A stretch of 64,000 nucleotides of DNA from an uncultured Gemmatimonadales bacterium (GTDB taxonomy: Bacteria > Gemmatimonadota > Gemmatimonadetes > Longimicrobiales > Longimicrobiaceae): contig OY970303.1 of assembly GCA_963716255.1 (NCBI GenBank), forward strand, positions 6,176,001-6,240,000, written 5' to 3'. The first letter of the stretch is position 1. The number at the start of each line of letters is the position of its first letter. Below are positions 30,694-40,292 of this stretch, one piece after another. The notes beneath the pieces are model-generated. The model saw nothing but the letters and a program-made list of their open reading frames with translations. It had not been told where the DNA came from and searched no databases. Position numbers and translations under genes: made by a program.

Positions 30694-32274
30694 ATGAAGC
30701 GTTTCTCGTGGGTCGGGGCGGCCGCCGCGGCCGCCCTTTTCGCGGCGCCCGCAGCGGCGCAGGCGCAGGCGGCGCCCCGGCAGGATCCCGTGCTGGAGGC
30801 CATCTGGAACGAGGGAACCCGCAACTCGCAGCTGGAGCGGCTGGCGCAGGCGCTGATGGACTCCATCGGCCCGCGGCTCACCGGCACGCCGCAGCAGAAG
30901 CTGGCGAGCGACTGGGCCATCTCGCAGTACCGCGCCTGGGGGATCCCCGCGCGCACCGAGCAGTACGGCACCTGGCGCGGCTGGGAGCGCGGCATCACCC
31001 ACGTGGACCTGCTGCAGCCGCGCGTCCGCACGCTGGAGGGGACGATGCTGGCGTGGAGCCCCGGCACGGGCGGGCAGCCGGTGCAGGGCCCCGCCGTGGT
31101 CCTCCCCGACTTCCGCAGCCAGGCGGAATTCGACGCCTGGCTCCCGCAGGCCCGCGGCAAGTTCGTGCTGATCTCCTTCGCGCAGCCCACCTGCCGCCCC
31201 GACGACAACTGGGCCAAGTGGGCGACGCCGGAATCGCTCGAACGCCTCAAGCAGCAGCGCGAAGCCGCCTCCGACGCGTGGGACGAGCGGGTGGCGCGCA
31301 CCGGGCTGACCACCCGCACCCTGCCGGTGAAGCTGGAGGACGCGGGGGCGCTGGGCGTCATCGCCACCAACTGGTCCTCCGGGTGGGGCGTCAACAAGGT
31401 GTTCCAGGCCCGCACGCAGAAGGTTCCGCACCTGGACATGAGCTGCGAGGACTACGGGCTCCTCTTCCGCCTGGCGCAGAACAACCAGGGTCCCGTGATC
31501 CGGGTGGCGGCGGAGTCGCGCTCCACCGCGGCCGAGGTCCCGGTCTACAACACCATCGCCGAGGTCCGCGGGCGCCAGAAGCCGGGCGAGTACGTGATGC
31601 TGTCGGCGCACTTCGACTCGTGGGACGCCGCCTCCGGGGCGACCGACAACGGGACGGGGACGGTGGTGATGATGGAGGCCATGCGCATCCTCAAGAAGGT
31701 GTACCCCAACCCCCGGCGCACGCTGCTGGTGGGGCACTGGAGCGGCGAGGAGCAGGGGCTGAACGGCTCGCGCGCCTGGGCGGCCGACAACCCGCGCGTC
31801 GTGCAGAACCTGCAGGCGCTCTTCAACCAGGACAACGGGACGGGGCGCGTCTCCACGCTCTCCATGATGGGCTTCACCGGCACGGAGCCCTTCTTCAACC
31901 GCTGGCTGGCCCAGGTCCCGCGCGCCATCACGCAGCACATCACGGTGCAGGCGCCCGGCTCCCCCAGCAGCGGCGGGAGCGACCACGCGTCGTTCGTCTG
32001 CCACGGGGCGCCCGGGTTCTCGCTGTCGTCGCTGAGCTGGGACTACAGCACCTACACCTGGCACACCAACCGCGACACGTACGACAAGGTCGCCTTCGAC
32101 GACGTGCGCAACAACGCGGTGCTGACGGCGATGCTGGTGTACCTGGCCTCCGAGGACCCGGCCCGGGTGCCGCGCGAGCGGCTCACCGTGCTCCCGCCCA
32201 ACGCCCAGGGGCGGCCGGGGAGCTGGCCCGTCTGCCAGGAGGCCACCCGGACTTCCGCGGCGAGCACCCGGTAA
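30694..32274 (+). CDS. Secreted M28-family metallopeptidase
   Basis: Signal peptide, AHFDSW, GATDNGTG, GEEQGL, SDHASF, WHTNRDT. Confidence 0.9.
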   Translation: MKRFSWVGAAAAAALFAAPAAAQAQAAPRQDPVLEAIWNEGTRNSQLERLAQALMDSIGPRLTGTPQQKLASDWAISQYRAWGIPARTEQYGTWRGWERGITHVDLLQPRVRTLEGTMLAWSPGTGGQPVQGPAVVLPDFRSQAEFDAWLPQARGKFVLISFAQPTCRPDDNWAKWATPESLERLKQQREAASDAWDERVARTGLTTRTLPVKLEDAGALGVIATNWSSGWGVNKVFQARTQKVPHLDMSCEDYGLLFRLAQNNQGPVIRVAAESRSTAAEVPVYNTIAEVRGRQKPGEYVMLSAHFDSWDAASGATDNGTGTVVMMEAMRILKKVYPNPRRTLLVGHWSGEEQGLNGSRAWAADNPRVVQNLQALFNQDNGTGRVSTLSMMGFTGTEPFFNRWLAQVPRAITQHITVQAPGSPSSGGSDHASFVCHGAPGFSLSSLSWDYSTYTWHTNRDTYDKVAFDDVRNNAVLTAMLVYLASEDPARVPRERLTVLPPNAQGRPGSWPVCQEATRTSAASTR

Positions 32275-32315
32275 TTCTGGTTTAGGTCGTTGTGGGGGCG
32301 GCTCCTTGTGTGTCG

Positions 32316-32485
32316 GGGCCGCTCCGGAACCAGGCCAAACGGCCGGCCTGTTTCCTGCGCGGGTCGCGGAGCCAGCGGAAACTGCCCCGCTGTCTCCGCT
32401 CCGGCTCCGGGAACCTCACGCAAACGGCCGCGTGAGTTTCCCTCCGCAGAAGATCCGGGGGATACTGCGGAACTGCGAACAGCGA
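32316..32485. repeat. Structured repeat family B, copy 2
   Basis: CCTGCGCGGGTCGCGGAGCCA..GGAAACTGCCCC..TGTCTCCGCTCCGGCTCCG shared with 5425-5590. Confidence 0.8.
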
Positions 32486-32524
32486 AAAGCGCCCTCGCCG
32501 GGATCTCCCGGCGGGGGCGCTTTT
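32485..32524. terminator. Bidirectional intrinsic terminator
   Basis: AAAAGCGCCC...GGGCGCTTTT hairpin between convergent genes. Confidence 0.65.
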
Positions 32525-32614
32525 CTCGTACTGTGCGCTTCATACTGCCGTGCGGTTCTCCCCCTTTCCCCCGCTTGCGGGGGAGAGGGGGCCGGGGGGT
32601 GAGGGGGCCCTCTC

Positions 32615-32774
32615 GCGGACGCCAGCGCGAGACCCGCGTGAGGGATTTCGGCCCGAAGGGGCGAGACCCGGCGGGGCTGTTTCCGCCGGGGCTCGACTCC
32701 GTTAGCGAGCGTTGTTTGCTCGCTTACGGAGCCGAAGCCCGACCCCGGCGCCAGCCGGGGACACGCCCGAACCC
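32615..32774 (-). repeat. Structured repeat family A, copy 5
   Basis: Nearly identical to copy 1 and preceded by a family C palindrome. Confidence 0.9.
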
Positions 32775-32811
32775 CGATCTTTTCACACCGGCACAGCAGC
32801 CGGATCCGGCA

Positions 32812-33894
32812 TCATCGACCCCGCGTCGTGTCCCTGACAGCGGTATCGGCCATTGTGCTGTCGCGGCGGGCGCCGGAGTCGGCGCGGGCCTCGTAGACCT
32901 GGAGCAGGCTGTCCAGCGCGGCGGTGGAGGAGTCCGGCGAGGCCGCGGGCTCGGCGGAGACGGGGCGGCGCAGGGTGATCAGCGCGACCTCCGGGGCGGC
33001 GCCCAGGCGGATGGGGACGAAGCCGTAGCCCACGCCGCAGGTGATGAACAGGCCGTTGCCGTCCACCCGGTACAGGCGCTCGGTGCCGGCGACGCGATGC
33101 CCGGGGAGCTGGGTGGTGTTGACCCAGCTCAGGCGCGCCGCGCCCGGCACCTCCACGCGCCCGCAGAAGGTGTTGCCGGCGACCACCAGCGCGTACGCGC
33201 TGTCCGGGGCGGCGAGCGCGCCCGCGGGGGAGTGCGAGAGGAGCAGGGGGGTGGAGCCGGAGCGCGGGATCGCGCCGAAGATCTCGGCCTGGCGCCACTC
33301 GGGGCGGCGAGGGACGTACGGGTCGATCCCGGCGATGTACGCCGTGTCGCCGCCCCGCACCAGGCGCCCGCGCTCGTTGTCCAGCACGATGACGCCGCTC
33401 TGCTGCAGGACCTGGCGAATGCGGATGGCGGTGCTGTCCGGCTCGCCCTGGCTTTCCCCGGGGTCGCGCTGGTCGCGGTCGCCCATCACGGCCATGACCG
33501 TGAGCCCGCGCAGCGGCGCCAGCACGCGGGGGAGCTCGGCGAGGCCGCTCTCGCGGGCCACGTAGTCGCCCAGCAGCACCACCAGGTCCGGGCGGAGGGC
33601 GGCGGCGCGGCGCATGGCGGCCTCCGCCACGAGGGCGTTGTCGCCCCACAGCCCCAGGTTGAAGTCGGAGATCGCGGCGACGCGCATCCCGTCCCACCCC
33701 TCCGGGAGGCCGGGGACCTCCACCTCCACGGGGACCACGCGCAGGTTCTCCGCGGTGCTCGCGCCGTAGAGCGAGTCCGCCGAGGGCCCCTGCTCCACCA
33801 GGGTGGCCTCCGGCTCCTCCAGGCGGTCGCCGCACCCGGCGGCGAGGGTGGCGAGCAGCAGGGCGGGGAACAGGGAGCGGGCGGAGCTCCGCAT
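32812..33894 (-). CDS. Metallophosphoesterase-fold lipoprotein with degenerate metal ligands
   Basis: Lipobox LAAGC; SDFN, GDY, GDRD, SHSP, GNTFCG align to the YkuE/YaeI-type motifs. Confidence 0.75.
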   Translation of the reverse strand: MRSSARSLFPALLLATLAAGCGDRLEEPEATLVEQGPSADSLYGASTAENLRVVPVEVEVPGLPEGWDGMRVAAISDFNLGLWGDNALVAEAAMRRAAALRPDLVVLLGDYVARESGLAELPRVLAPLRGLTVMAVMGDRDQRDPGESQGEPDSTAIRIRQVLQQSGVIVLDNERGRLVRGGDTAYIAGIDPYVPRRPEWRQAEIFGAIPRSGSTPLLLSHSPAGALAAPDSAYALVVAGNTFCGRVEVPGAARLSWVNTTQLPGHRVAGTERLYRVDGNGLFITCGVGYGFVPIRLGAAPEVALITLRRPVSAEPAASPDSSTAALDSLLQVYEARADSGARRDSTMADTAVRDTTRGR

Positions 33895-33986
33895 CAGGGT
33901 CGTCTCCGGGAACGGGCAAGGGGGCGCGGGCCGCGCGGCGAACGGCGCCACCGGGCGCAACGGATGTGCCAGGCCCGCGCGCCGGC

Positions 33987-35114
33987 CTACGCGATGAGCG
34001 GGAGCACGCCATCGCGCCCGGCGGGGACGGTGCGCTCCAGCTCCTCGGGGTGCGCGCGGAACCAGCGGGCGACCAGGAGAATCTCGTCCACCTGGTGCTT
34101 CGCCACCAGGGCGCCCTGCGGCTCCGGCTGCCCGAAGTGCTCCGCCGCCAGCCGGGAGAGCGCGCGGCGTTGGGCGGCGGTGCGCGGCGCGGCGACCGTG
34201 GCGCGCACGGTGCCGCGCCGCACCACGTACACCCGGTCGTCGCCCCCCTCCCCCTTGACCGGGTACAGGAAGCTGAGGTTCTCCAGCGCCTCGCGCAGCC
34301 GCCCGAACTCGTCGCGCAGCGCCTCCAGGCGGCGCATGCGGTCGCGCACCGAGGCCGCGTACTCGAACTCCCAGCGCTCGGCGGCCGATTGCATCCGCTC
34401 GTCCAGCCAGCGGAGCGGCTCGTCCGCGTCGCCCGCCAGGAAGGCGCGCGCCAGCGCGACCCGCGACCGGTAGTCCTGCTGCGTGACCATGGCCGCGCAG
34501 GGCGCGCAGCACAGGCGCAGCTCGGCGCGGTGGCAGCGCGGGGCGCGGTCCACCACGAACAGGTCGGACTGGTCGGCGAAGTGGATGGGGATGGCGGCGG
34601 GGCAGTCGCGCAGCCCCAGGAGGTCGTTGAGCTCGCGGACCGCCTCGGCGATGCGGCGGCCGCCGCGGAAGGGGCCGTAGTAGGTGGCCGCGTCGTCCGA
34701 GACGGCCTGCACCACGAAAAGCTTGGGCGCGGGGCCGCCGGTGAGCTTGAGGAAGGAGTACCGCCCGTCGCGCTTGTGCTGCACGTTGTAGCGGGGGCGG
34801 AAGCGCTTGATCAGCTCCAGCTCGCGCAGCAGCGCGGCGAACTCGCAGGGCTCGTACTCCCAGGCGATGGTGTGCGCGTCGCCCACGATGCGGTGCGCCT
34901 TGTCCCCTTTCTTGGCCCGGAGGTAGGAAAGGAGGCGCGTGCGCACCTGCTTGGACTTGCCGACGTACAGGATCTCGCCGTCCTCCGACAGCATCCGGTA
35001 GGTGCCGGGGACGTTGCGCGCCTCGCGGATCTGGTCGCGGAGCGGGGTGCGTGCAGAGGGGACCAAGCGCGGGTGCGGCAGGGGTCGGGGAGAACAAAAG
35101 CCGAACCCCGACAA
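33987..35114 (-). CDS. UvrC N-terminal-like GIY-YIG nuclease with UVR domain
   Basis: PGTYRM..ILYVGKS..RL.SY, ELELIKRFRPRYN, AAERWEFEYAASVRD; start codon uncertain. Confidence 0.8.
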   Translation of the reverse strand: MSGFGFCSPRPLPHPRLVPSARTPLRDQIREARNVPGTYRMLSEDGEILYVGKSKQVRTRLLSYLRAKKGDKAHRIVGDAHTIAWEYEPCEFAALLRELELIKRFRPRYNVQHKRDGRYSFLKLTGGPAPKLFVVQAVSDDAATYYGPFRGGRRIAEAVRELNDLLGLRDCPAAIPIHFADQSDLFVVDRAPRCHRAELRLCCAPCAAMVTQQDYRSRVALARAFLAGDADEPLRWLDERMQSAAERWEFEYAASVRDRMRRLEALRDEFGRLREALENLSFLYPVKGEGGDDRVYVVRRGTVRATVAAPRTAAQRRALSRLAAEHFGQPEPQGALVAKHQVDEILLVARWFRAHPEELERTVPAGRDGVLPLIA

Positions 35115-35180
35115 GATAGTGCGGCGAAAAGTGTTGCGGAAGGGCCGGCGGGCGCCCGGGCGGCGGACCGCCGCGGCGGG

Positions 35181-36311
35181 TCAGGCGCCGCGCGCCACCT
35201 CCTCCAGCGAAGCGGCCAGCTCCGGGAAGTCGAAGGGCTTTGCGAGGATGCGGACGCCGGTGGCGAGGGCGTCCTCGTACACCTGGTCGCCGGGGCCGGC
35301 GCCGCTGAGGAACAGCACGCGGGCAGCGAGCGGGGGGATGTGCTCGCGGAGCATGCTCCACACCTCCACGCCGGTGCGGACGCCCAGGTTGAGGTCCAGG
35401 AGCACGGCGTCCGGCATGCTGCGGATGACGGCGTGGAGCACCTGCTCCTCGCTCGCGCACTCCGGCCCCAGCTCCGAGACCTCGGCGCCCAGGCGGCGGA
35501 GGAAGCGGCCCAGGGCGCTGCGCACGTCGGGATTGTCGTCCACCACCAGGACGCGCCTGCCGGCAAGCTCCACGGGCTTCGCCGGGACGGCCGTGGCGCG
35601 CCCGGGAAACCAGGCGGGGAGGTGGATCTCGAAGCGCGCCCCGCCCAGCCGCGCGGCCTCGGTGCAGCGGACGCGGCCCCCCAGGTGCGCCACGGTCCAA
35701 GCGACGGAGCTGAGCCCCAGCCCCGTCCCGCCGGAATCCCCCTTCACCAGGGGGCGGAAGACCGCTTCCCGCCTGTCCGGCGCCACCCCCGCGCCGTCGT
35801 CCTCCACGGCGATCACCAGGGTGCGGCTCCTCCCCCCGGGCTCCAGGGTGACGTCGATGCAGGCGGTGGCGTGGCGCGTGGCGTTGGCCAGCAGGTTGGC
35901 GATGGCGCGGTACAGGAAGGAGCCGCGCCCGGCGACGGCGGTGCCGATGGGGAGGGTGGAGGTCATGCGGATCTCCACCGGGCGGGTGGTGTCCAGCGCG
36001 CGGCGGATGGCGCGCTCGGCGACCGCCTCCGGGCTCATCCCCACCTCCGGGGACACCGTCTCGCCGCGCAGCGTCCCCAGCACGTCGCGGATCATGGCCC
36101 CCAGGTCGCCGCACCCCTCCACGGCGCGCTCCAGCTCGCCGACCGGGGCCCGTCCCATCCGGGCGTCGCCCAGCGCCAGGCGCAGGCGCCCGTCCATGAC
36201 GGCGACCATGTTGGCCATGTCGTGGATCAGCTCGCCGGCGACCTCGCCCAGTGCGTCCAGCCGCTCGTCCTGCGCGCCCGCTCGTGGGGAGCCCGGCTGC
36301 GGCGTGCTCAT
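35181..36311 (-). CDS. Hybrid histidine kinase/response regulator
   Basis: IHDMAN H-box, NLLANA, EDDGAGV, GTGLGL, receiver VVDD...LLD...KPF. Confidence 0.88.
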   Translation of the reverse strand: MSTPQPGSPRAGAQDERLDALGEVAGELIHDMANMVAVMDGRLRLALGDARMGRAPVGELERAVEGCGDLGAMIRDVLGTLRGETVSPEVGMSPEAVAERAIRRALDTTRPVEIRMTSTLPIGTAVAGRGSFLYRAIANLLANATRHATACIDVTLEPGGRSRTLVIAVEDDGAGVAPDRREAVFRPLVKGDSGGTGLGLSSVAWTVAHLGGRVRCTEAARLGGARFEIHLPAWFPGRATAVPAKPVELAGRRVLVVDDNPDVRSALGRFLRRLGAEVSELGPECASEEQVLHAVIRSMPDAVLLDLNLGVRTGVEVWSMLREHIPPLAARVLFLSGAGPGDQVYEDALATGVRILAKPFDFPELAASLEEVARGA

Positions 36312-36547
36312 GACGATATCCTCCGCCCGTGGATGGGGATGGTCGATCATTGCTTGACTCCGGGGGCCACGCGACCGGCGGCTTCGGGCGGGCGCCGGCC
36401 CGGAGCGCCGGCGCGGAAGGGGAGCTCGGCACGCAACCTGGACGTCTACCGCGTCCCTGGCCTTAAATGTACGCCCTGCAAGGCGAGTGCGCCAGTCGTG
36501 TACATGAAATGAGCGGTCCGGGGCACGACCCCCGTGCGGCCGGGGAA

Positions 36548-37363
36548 TCAGCGCTGGCAGCGCGCGCAGAAGAAGGTGGACCGGCCCCCCTGGACGATGC
36601 GCTCGACGGGGCGTCCGCAGGTGCGGCAGGGCTCCCCCGCGCGGTCGTACACCCGCAGGCGCCCGGCGAACTCGCCGCGCTCGCCGCTGGCGTCCCGGTA
36701 GTCCAGGAAGGTGGTGCCGCGGAAGTCGATGGCTTCCCGCAGCACCTCGCGCGTCGCTTCCACCAGGCGGGCGGCTTCCTTCTTCTTCAGCGAGCTCGCG
36801 GGCCGGCGGGGGTCGACGCCGGCCCGGAACAGCGCTTCGCTGGCGTAGATGTTCCCCACGCCCACCACCCGGCGCTGGTCCATCATCCAGGTCTTCACCG
36901 CCACGCGCGACTTCTTCGCCGCGGCGAGAAGCCACTCCGTGGTGAACGGGTCGGAGAGCGGCTCCACGCCCAGCGCCTCGTCCCTGCGCTCCCACTCGTC
37001 CCCGGTGTAGCGCTGGAGGCACCCGAAGCGGCGCACGTCGTGGTAGTCCAGCTCGCGTCCGTCGGCGAGGCGCAGGCGGACGCCCAGGTGCGTGGGCGCC
37101 TCGTCGCCGGGGGAGCGCACCAGGAGCCGACCCGTCATCCCCAGGTTCACCACCAGCAGCCCCCGGTCCAGGTGCAGCAGGATGTTCTTGGCGCGGCGGG
37201 TCACCTCGCGCACGCGGGCGCCGCGGAGTCCCGAGGCGAAATCGGCCGGCCCCTCGCCCCGCACCAGGTCGGCGTGGACCACCTCCACGTCCCGGATCTC
37301 GGCGCCGGGGAGGAGGCGGGCCAGGTCGCGGACGATGGTCTCGACCTCGGGGAGCTCAGGCAC
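36548..37363 (-). CDS. mutM: Formamidopyrimidine-DNA glycosylase
   Basis: MPELPEVET, GVGNIYASE, C-terminal Zn finger. Confidence 0.96.
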   Translation of the reverse strand: MPELPEVETIVRDLARLLPGAEIRDVEVVHADLVRGEGPADFASGLRGARVREVTRRAKNILLHLDRGLLVVNLGMTGRLLVRSPGDEAPTHLGVRLRLADGRELDYHDVRRFGCLQRYTGDEWERRDEALGVEPLSDPFTTEWLLAAAKKSRVAVKTWMMDQRRVVGVGNIYASEALFRAGVDPRRPASSLKKKEAARLVEATREVLREAIDFRGTTFLDYRDASGERGEFAGRLRVYDRAGEPCRTCGRPVERIVQGGRSTFFCARCQR

Positions 37364-38648
37364 GCTCCACCTCCCCGCGGGCGGCCTCGCGCCAGCCGAT
37401 GTCGCGGCGGAACTGGCGCCCCTCGAAGGTGATGCGCTCCGCGGCGCGGCGGCTGCGCTCCGCGGCCGCGGCGACGGTGGGCGCCAGCGCGGTCACGGCG
37501 AGGACGCGCCCGCCGCAGGTGAGGAGCGCCCCGTCCTCCACCCGGGTCCCCGCGTGGAACACCAGCAGGTCGGCGTCCCCGGCCAGGTCCCGGGGGATCT
37601 CCACCGGGACCCCGGTGCGATGGTCGCCCGGGTAGCCGCCGGAGGCGAGCACGGTGGTGGCCGCGGCGCCGGGGCGCCAGCGCAGCTCCGTCCCCGCGAG
37701 CGACCCTCCGCGCGCGACGGCGAGCATGGGCTCCAGCAGGCTGCTCGCCAGCAGGGGGAGCACCACCTGCGTCTCGGGGTCGCCGAAGCGGCAGTTGAAC
37801 TCCACCACCTTTGGCCCGTCCTCGGTCAGCATCAGGCCGGCGTACAGCAGCCCCCGGAAGGGGCGCCCCTCGGCCGCCATGGCCGCGACGGTGGGAAGGA
37901 GCACCTCGCGCGTGACGCGCTCCATCAGCTCGGGGGTCGCCGGCGACACGGGGGCGTAGGCGCCCATCCCGCCGGTGTTGGGCCCGGTCTCCCCCTCGCC
38001 GGCGCGCTTGTGGTCCTGCGCCGGGAGCATGGGGAGCACCGCCGTGCCGTCGCTCAGCGCGAACACGGACAGCTCCTCGCCCCGCATGAACTCCTCGACG
38101 ACGATCTCGCTCCCCGCTTCGCCGAAGGCGCCCTCGCCCAGCATCTCGCGGGCGGCGGCCAGCGCTTCGTCCACGGTGTCGCACACCACCGCGCCCTTGC
38201 CCGCGGCGAGCCCGGACGCCTTGACCACGACGGGCGCGCCGAGCTCGCGGATGCACGCCTCGGCGGCGGGCAGCTCGCGGAAGGTGTGGAAGGCGGCGGT
38301 GGGGATTCCGTGCCGGGCCATGAGCCCCTTGGCGAACGCCTTGGAGCTCTCGATCTCCGCCGCCCCGGCCGTGGGCCCGAAGGTGGGAATGCCGCGGGCG
38401 GCGAAGTGGTCCACCATCCCCTCCGCGAGCGGCGCCTCGGGCCCGACGACCACCAGGTCGACGCCCTGGTTCTCGGCCCACCCGGCCAGCGCCTGGAGCT
38501 CGCCCGGCCTGAAGGGGAGGGGCTCGGCGAGCCCGGCGGTGCCGCCGTTGCCGAGGGTGATGAAGAACTCGGCGTCCGGGGCGTCCTGCTTCAGCTTCCA
38601 GAGGAGCGCGTGCTCGCGCCCCCCGTTTCCGACGATCAGGATCTTCAA
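37356..38648 (-). CDS. purD: Phosphoribosylamine-glycine ligase
   Basis: GNGGREHAL, GLAAGKG, GPNTGGMG, EFNCRFGDPE; probable TTG start. Confidence 0.96.
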   Translation of the reverse strand: MKILIVGNGGREHALLWKLKQDAPDAEFFITLGNGGTAGLAEPLPFRPGELQALAGWAENQGVDLVVVGPEAPLAEGMVDHFAARGIPTFGPTAGAAEIESSKAFAKGLMARHGIPTAAFHTFRELPAAEACIRELGAPVVVKASGLAAGKGAVVCDTVDEALAAAREMLGEGAFGEAGSEIVVEEFMRGEELSVFALSDGTAVLPMLPAQDHKRAGEGETGPNTGGMGAYAPVSPATPELMERVTREVLLPTVAAMAAEGRPFRGLLYAGLMLTEDGPKVVEFNCRFGDPETQVVLPLLASSLLEPMLAVARGGSLAGTELRWRPGAAATTVLASGGYPGDHRTGVPVEIPRDLAGDADLLVFHAGTRVEDGALLTCGGRVLAVTALAPTVAAAAERSRRAAERITFEGRQFRRDIGWREAARGEVERA

Positions 38649-38817
38649 GGCTTCTCTTCCGTTGAACGGGCGGCTGCGTTCCCCCGGACGGAATGATATC
38701 GTCCCGGACACACGGGTTCAAATCGCCCCGGCCGCCGCGGGGCCCTTGCGGCGCCCGGGGCCACCCGCGAGCATGTGACGCGCCCTTCCCCTGCCACGCC
38801 TTTCTCCACGAGCGACC

Positions 38818-40122
38818 ATGACCACTCCCTGTGAGATCGACGAGCAGGGCCTCGACGCCCTGTGCGACGCCCTGAAGCGCAGGCCCCGCCCGCTGGCGCT
38901 GCTCGGCGCCGGCGCCAGCATGGATTCGGGGTACCCGGACTGGGGCCGCCTCCTCGCCATGCTGGAGCAGCGGGTGCAGGGGAAGATCGGTCCGCGGTAC
39001 CAGTCTTACCTGCGCACCCTGAACGACCCGCCCTGGCAGGCGGAGGAATACCGCCGCGCCATGGGGGAAAACCTGTTCCGCGGCACGATCGCGAGCGAGT
39101 TCGCGCCCAGGGGGCCGGTCGGGCCGGTGGCGCGGGCGATCGTCCGGCTGGGCTTCCGCCACTTCCTCACCACCAACTACGATTCGTGCATCGAGCTGGC
39201 GCTGGAGGCGGAGGGGGTGCCGCACCGGGCGGTGGCGTGGAGCGACACGGACGAGATCCGCGAGTTCTTCCGCGCCCTCACCCGGGACGAGCCGCCGCCC
39301 TACGTGGTGCACCTGCACGGCTGCTACTACGACCCGGGCAACGTCGTCCTGACGGAAAGCTCGTACGCGGAGCGCTACGTGCGCTCCAACGACGCCGCGC
39401 GCAAGCTGTTCGCCATCCTGATCACGCAGCCGGTGGTGTTCGTGGGCTTTTCGGTGAGCGACCCCGACCTGAACCAGCTGATGCGCGAGGCGAACGCGAG
39501 CCTGGGCGCCGGGATCCCGCACCACATGGCGCTGGTGGGATACGAGGTGGAGGAGCAGAAGGAGCTGGTCCGCAACCGCTTCCAGGGCAAGTTCGGGATC
39601 ACGCCCGTGTTCTACCAGATCACGCGCAACCCCGACGGAAGCGAGAACCACGGCTGTCTCCTGCAGCTGCTTTCCCGGATCCACTCCGAGGTGCACGGAG
39701 CCCCGCTGCCGGTGGAAGCCGCCGCGCCGCCGCACACCCTGCCGCTCGCGGCGCCGCCGGCCGGCCACACTCCCGATCCGCTGGACCCGCACAAGGGGTG
39801 CTGGGGCGGATCGGCGAACCGCAACGGGCGTCGGCTGCGGGTGGAGAACCCGGAGCGCCACGGCGAATGGTACGGCTTCGACCTGGTGGTGGAAGCGACG
39901 GAAGGGGCTCCGCCGCTGGAGGGGTCGGTCACCTTCCACCTGCACCAGACCTTCAACGTGCCGGTCCGAACGGTGCCGGTCGCCGACGGCCGCGCGAGGC
40001 TGCACATCCAGAACGCCTACGGGGTGTTCACGGTGGGCGCAGTGGCGGACGGTGGAGAAACCAAGCTGGAGCTGGACCTCGCCACGGTGGAGGCGTTCCC
40101 GGACTGGTTCCGCGCGCGGTAG
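38818..40122 (+). CDS. SIR2-like (SIR2_2) domain fused to a prokaryotic YEATS-like domain
   Basis: GAGAS, TTNYD, HLHG, FVGFS; C-terminal DPHKG.WGG...VTFHLHQTF...AYGVFTVGA...LELDL. Confidence 0.75.
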   Translation: MTTPCEIDEQGLDALCDALKRRPRPLALLGAGASMDSGYPDWGRLLAMLEQRVQGKIGPRYQSYLRTLNDPPWQAEEYRRAMGENLFRGTIASEFAPRGPVGPVARAIVRLGFRHFLTTNYDSCIELALEAEGVPHRAVAWSDTDEIREFFRALTRDEPPPYVVHLHGCYYDPGNVVLTESSYAERYVRSNDAARKLFAILITQPVVFVGFSVSDPDLNQLMREANASLGAGIPHHMALVGYEVEEQKELVRNRFQGKFGITPVFYQITRNPDGSENHGCLLQLLSRIHSEVHGAPLPVEAAAPPHTLPLAAPPAGHTPDPLDPHKGCWGGSANRNGRRLRVENPERHGEWYGFDLVVEATEGAPPLEGSVTFHLHQTFNVPVRTVPVADGRARLHIQNAYGVFTVGAVADGGETKLELDLATVEAFPDWFRAR

Positions 40123-40130
40123 CACCCCCT

Positions 40131-40285
40131 GCGGACGCCAGCACCTGCCCCGCGTGAGGGATTTCGGCCCGAAGGGGCGAGACCCGGCGGTTGTTTGCCG
40201 GGGCTCGACTCCGTTGGGCTGCGTTGTTTGCAGCCCTACGGAGCCGAAGCCCGACCCCGGCGCCAGCCGGGGGCACGCCCGAACC
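40131..40285 (-). repeat. Structured repeat family A, copy 6
   Basis: Same consensus; 7 nt beyond the stop of the adjacent minus-strand gene. Confidence 0.9.
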
Positions 40286-40292
40286 CTGCCGT

